Below, one piece after another: positions 62,706 to 64,000 of a stretch of 64,000 bases of DNA. This DNA comes from Raillietiella orientalis (Eukaryota). Under the pieces are notes generated by a model. That model made no database searches and was not told the DNA's origin. It was given only the letters and a program-made list of their open reading frames with translations. Position 1 is the stretch's first letter; each line of letters begins with the position of its first letter. The DNA lies in NCBI GenBank assembly GCA_036172245.1, contig JAYWIR010000022.1, forward strand, positions 2,852,001 through 2,916,000, read 5' to 3'. The position numbers were made by a program, and so were the translations under genes.

Positions 62706-63525
62706 GGGAATTTTCCACCCGATCACGCCAGGGCATTTATTTCACAAAAAAAATAAACCAGTTGAGAACAAAAGTCCCCAACTGTTTGTTTTCCAGCCGA
62801 CGACAGCAATAAACAAAAGGGAGGGTTCTCCGGCACGCAGGCCAGGACAACAGAGAGCCCGGAATGGGGGTGAAGACAACAACAAAAAAAAAAACAAAGT
62901 GGATGGGATCTTTGATCTTTGGTTTCGCTGCTTATTCGCCAGTACAAAAAAAAAAAAAGCAACAAGAAAGTTACAGAGTGAATGGAAATGGGGAATATGA
63001 AAAAATAGTAATAATAATAGAGGGAGGGAGGGGACAAGGGTCACCGGGTCCGCCGTTTCAAACCGTCCATCAACCTACGATGGATGCCGGTGATTTCCTC
63101 CTTGGTTTCCTCTTCAGACCAGGTGAGGCCACCTTGTAGTAGGCCTTCCTGATGTAGTTGGCTGCCATCCTGGTGACCCCCCTTCGCTGCGTGGGGGTTT
63201 CCAGCACCTGTCGGGCTGCCACGATGGAGCGGATGCAACCCGTGGTTGCAACAACGCATCCGTCGAGAGGCCTCTCGGTACGACGAACCGCCTCAACACG
63301 TCTCAGGCGGTGTCCTGGAGCAGGAGTGCTGTTGGCAGCCTTTGCCACAGTTCCGGGAGGGCACCTCATTCCAGAAGCAGATGCAGCGGGATCGACTCCG
63401 TTGACCCGCCTTTGGCACGACAGTTCGGGGAGGCAACCCTTCCGGAAATTCGGTGCCGTTGCTCGCTGCACTGGAATCCCCGGTGGATGAAGCAGAGCAG
63501 CGCGGCTGCTTCCAGGCAAGGGGGA
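62706..63525 (-). mobile_element. Short 5'-truncated LINE 3' fragment nested in SINE-like copy 2
   Basis: LLCFIHRGFQCSEQRHRISG..NCRAK..ESIPLHLLLE resembles the ORF2 C-terminal Cys/His region; T-rich 3' UTR; AATAAA at 62736-62741; 8-bp TSD CATTTCTC at 62698-62705 and 63526-63533. Confidence 0.78.
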
Positions 63526-63605
63526 CATTTCTCTGGAGTCGATCCTTCCCCCGGGGGGGATCCGCACACGCGACGCGCGGAGACTGCCGCAGCCACGCGG
63601 CCTCC
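63526..63605 (-). mobile_element. SINE-like element copy 2, degenerate tRNA-like head
   Basis: catttctc.gg.gtcgat.cttccccc.gg.gggat and gccg.agccac.cggcc match 11511-11599; B-box decayed. Confidence 0.65.
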
Positions 63606-64000
63606 GGCGCGGGCCGCCTGGCTACGGCCGGCTGCTTCCGGGTGCTTCTGGAGCGTGCGATGAGCGCCACTTCGGGTGTTTCTTGCAGGAGAAGCGGCTT
63701 GGGCATCGCCACACGCCTGTCAGCCACGCCGCCGAACCGGGATGCGTTGTTCCCCTCGACCGGTTCCCAGCATGCGCTCAGCTGTGGGGCGATGGAGGAT
63801 GAGAGATGAAGCTCTTCGGCCGAGCTTTCCCCTTCCGCCCTGTCAAGGGCCGGACTGCTTCACCTGCATCGAGTCGGAGAAAGTGTGCTCCTGGGGGCTG
63901 GGCCTACTGATGCGAGAGAAGATCGCAAGAGACTCACGGACAACCACGCGTGTTTTCCGTCCACGCGAGAGGGAGTTGGCCAGTTTTGCATGGGCAGACC

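Noticed and set aside
1..64000. CRISPR array or prokaryotic operon
   Set aside because: No regularly spaced identical repeats with unique spacers; spliced gene structure and LINEs show the DNA is eukaryotic

Overview
Eukaryotic (animal, probably invertebrate) genomic DNA; almost all long ORFs in the supplied track are GC-rich noise. The main feature is a minus-strand, intron-rich rabphilin-family gene. I reconstructed 10 coding exons between 47022 and 2656, all with GT-AG boundaries and consistent phases. They encode a Noc2/RPH3AL-like Rab-binding N-terminus (WVCPNDRQLALRAK-LRTGWSV, Zn finger, SGAWFF), a linker, and a visibly degenerate C2A domain; the 3' part is not resolved or lies beyond the window. 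Four perfect CRE palindromes cluster around exon 1. Upstream (52.3-63.5 kb) are four co-oriented L1/Tx1-type LINE copies: one near full-length but disrupted, three 5'-truncated, three with target-site duplications. The most unusual element is a ~670-bp tRNA-headed SINE-like repeat whose body is a periodic array of twin short hairpins, many with UNCG-type loops. One copy is uninterrupted (10934-11606) and another has been split by two independent LINE insertions (56595-63605). All calls are by eye, without alignment or folding software.
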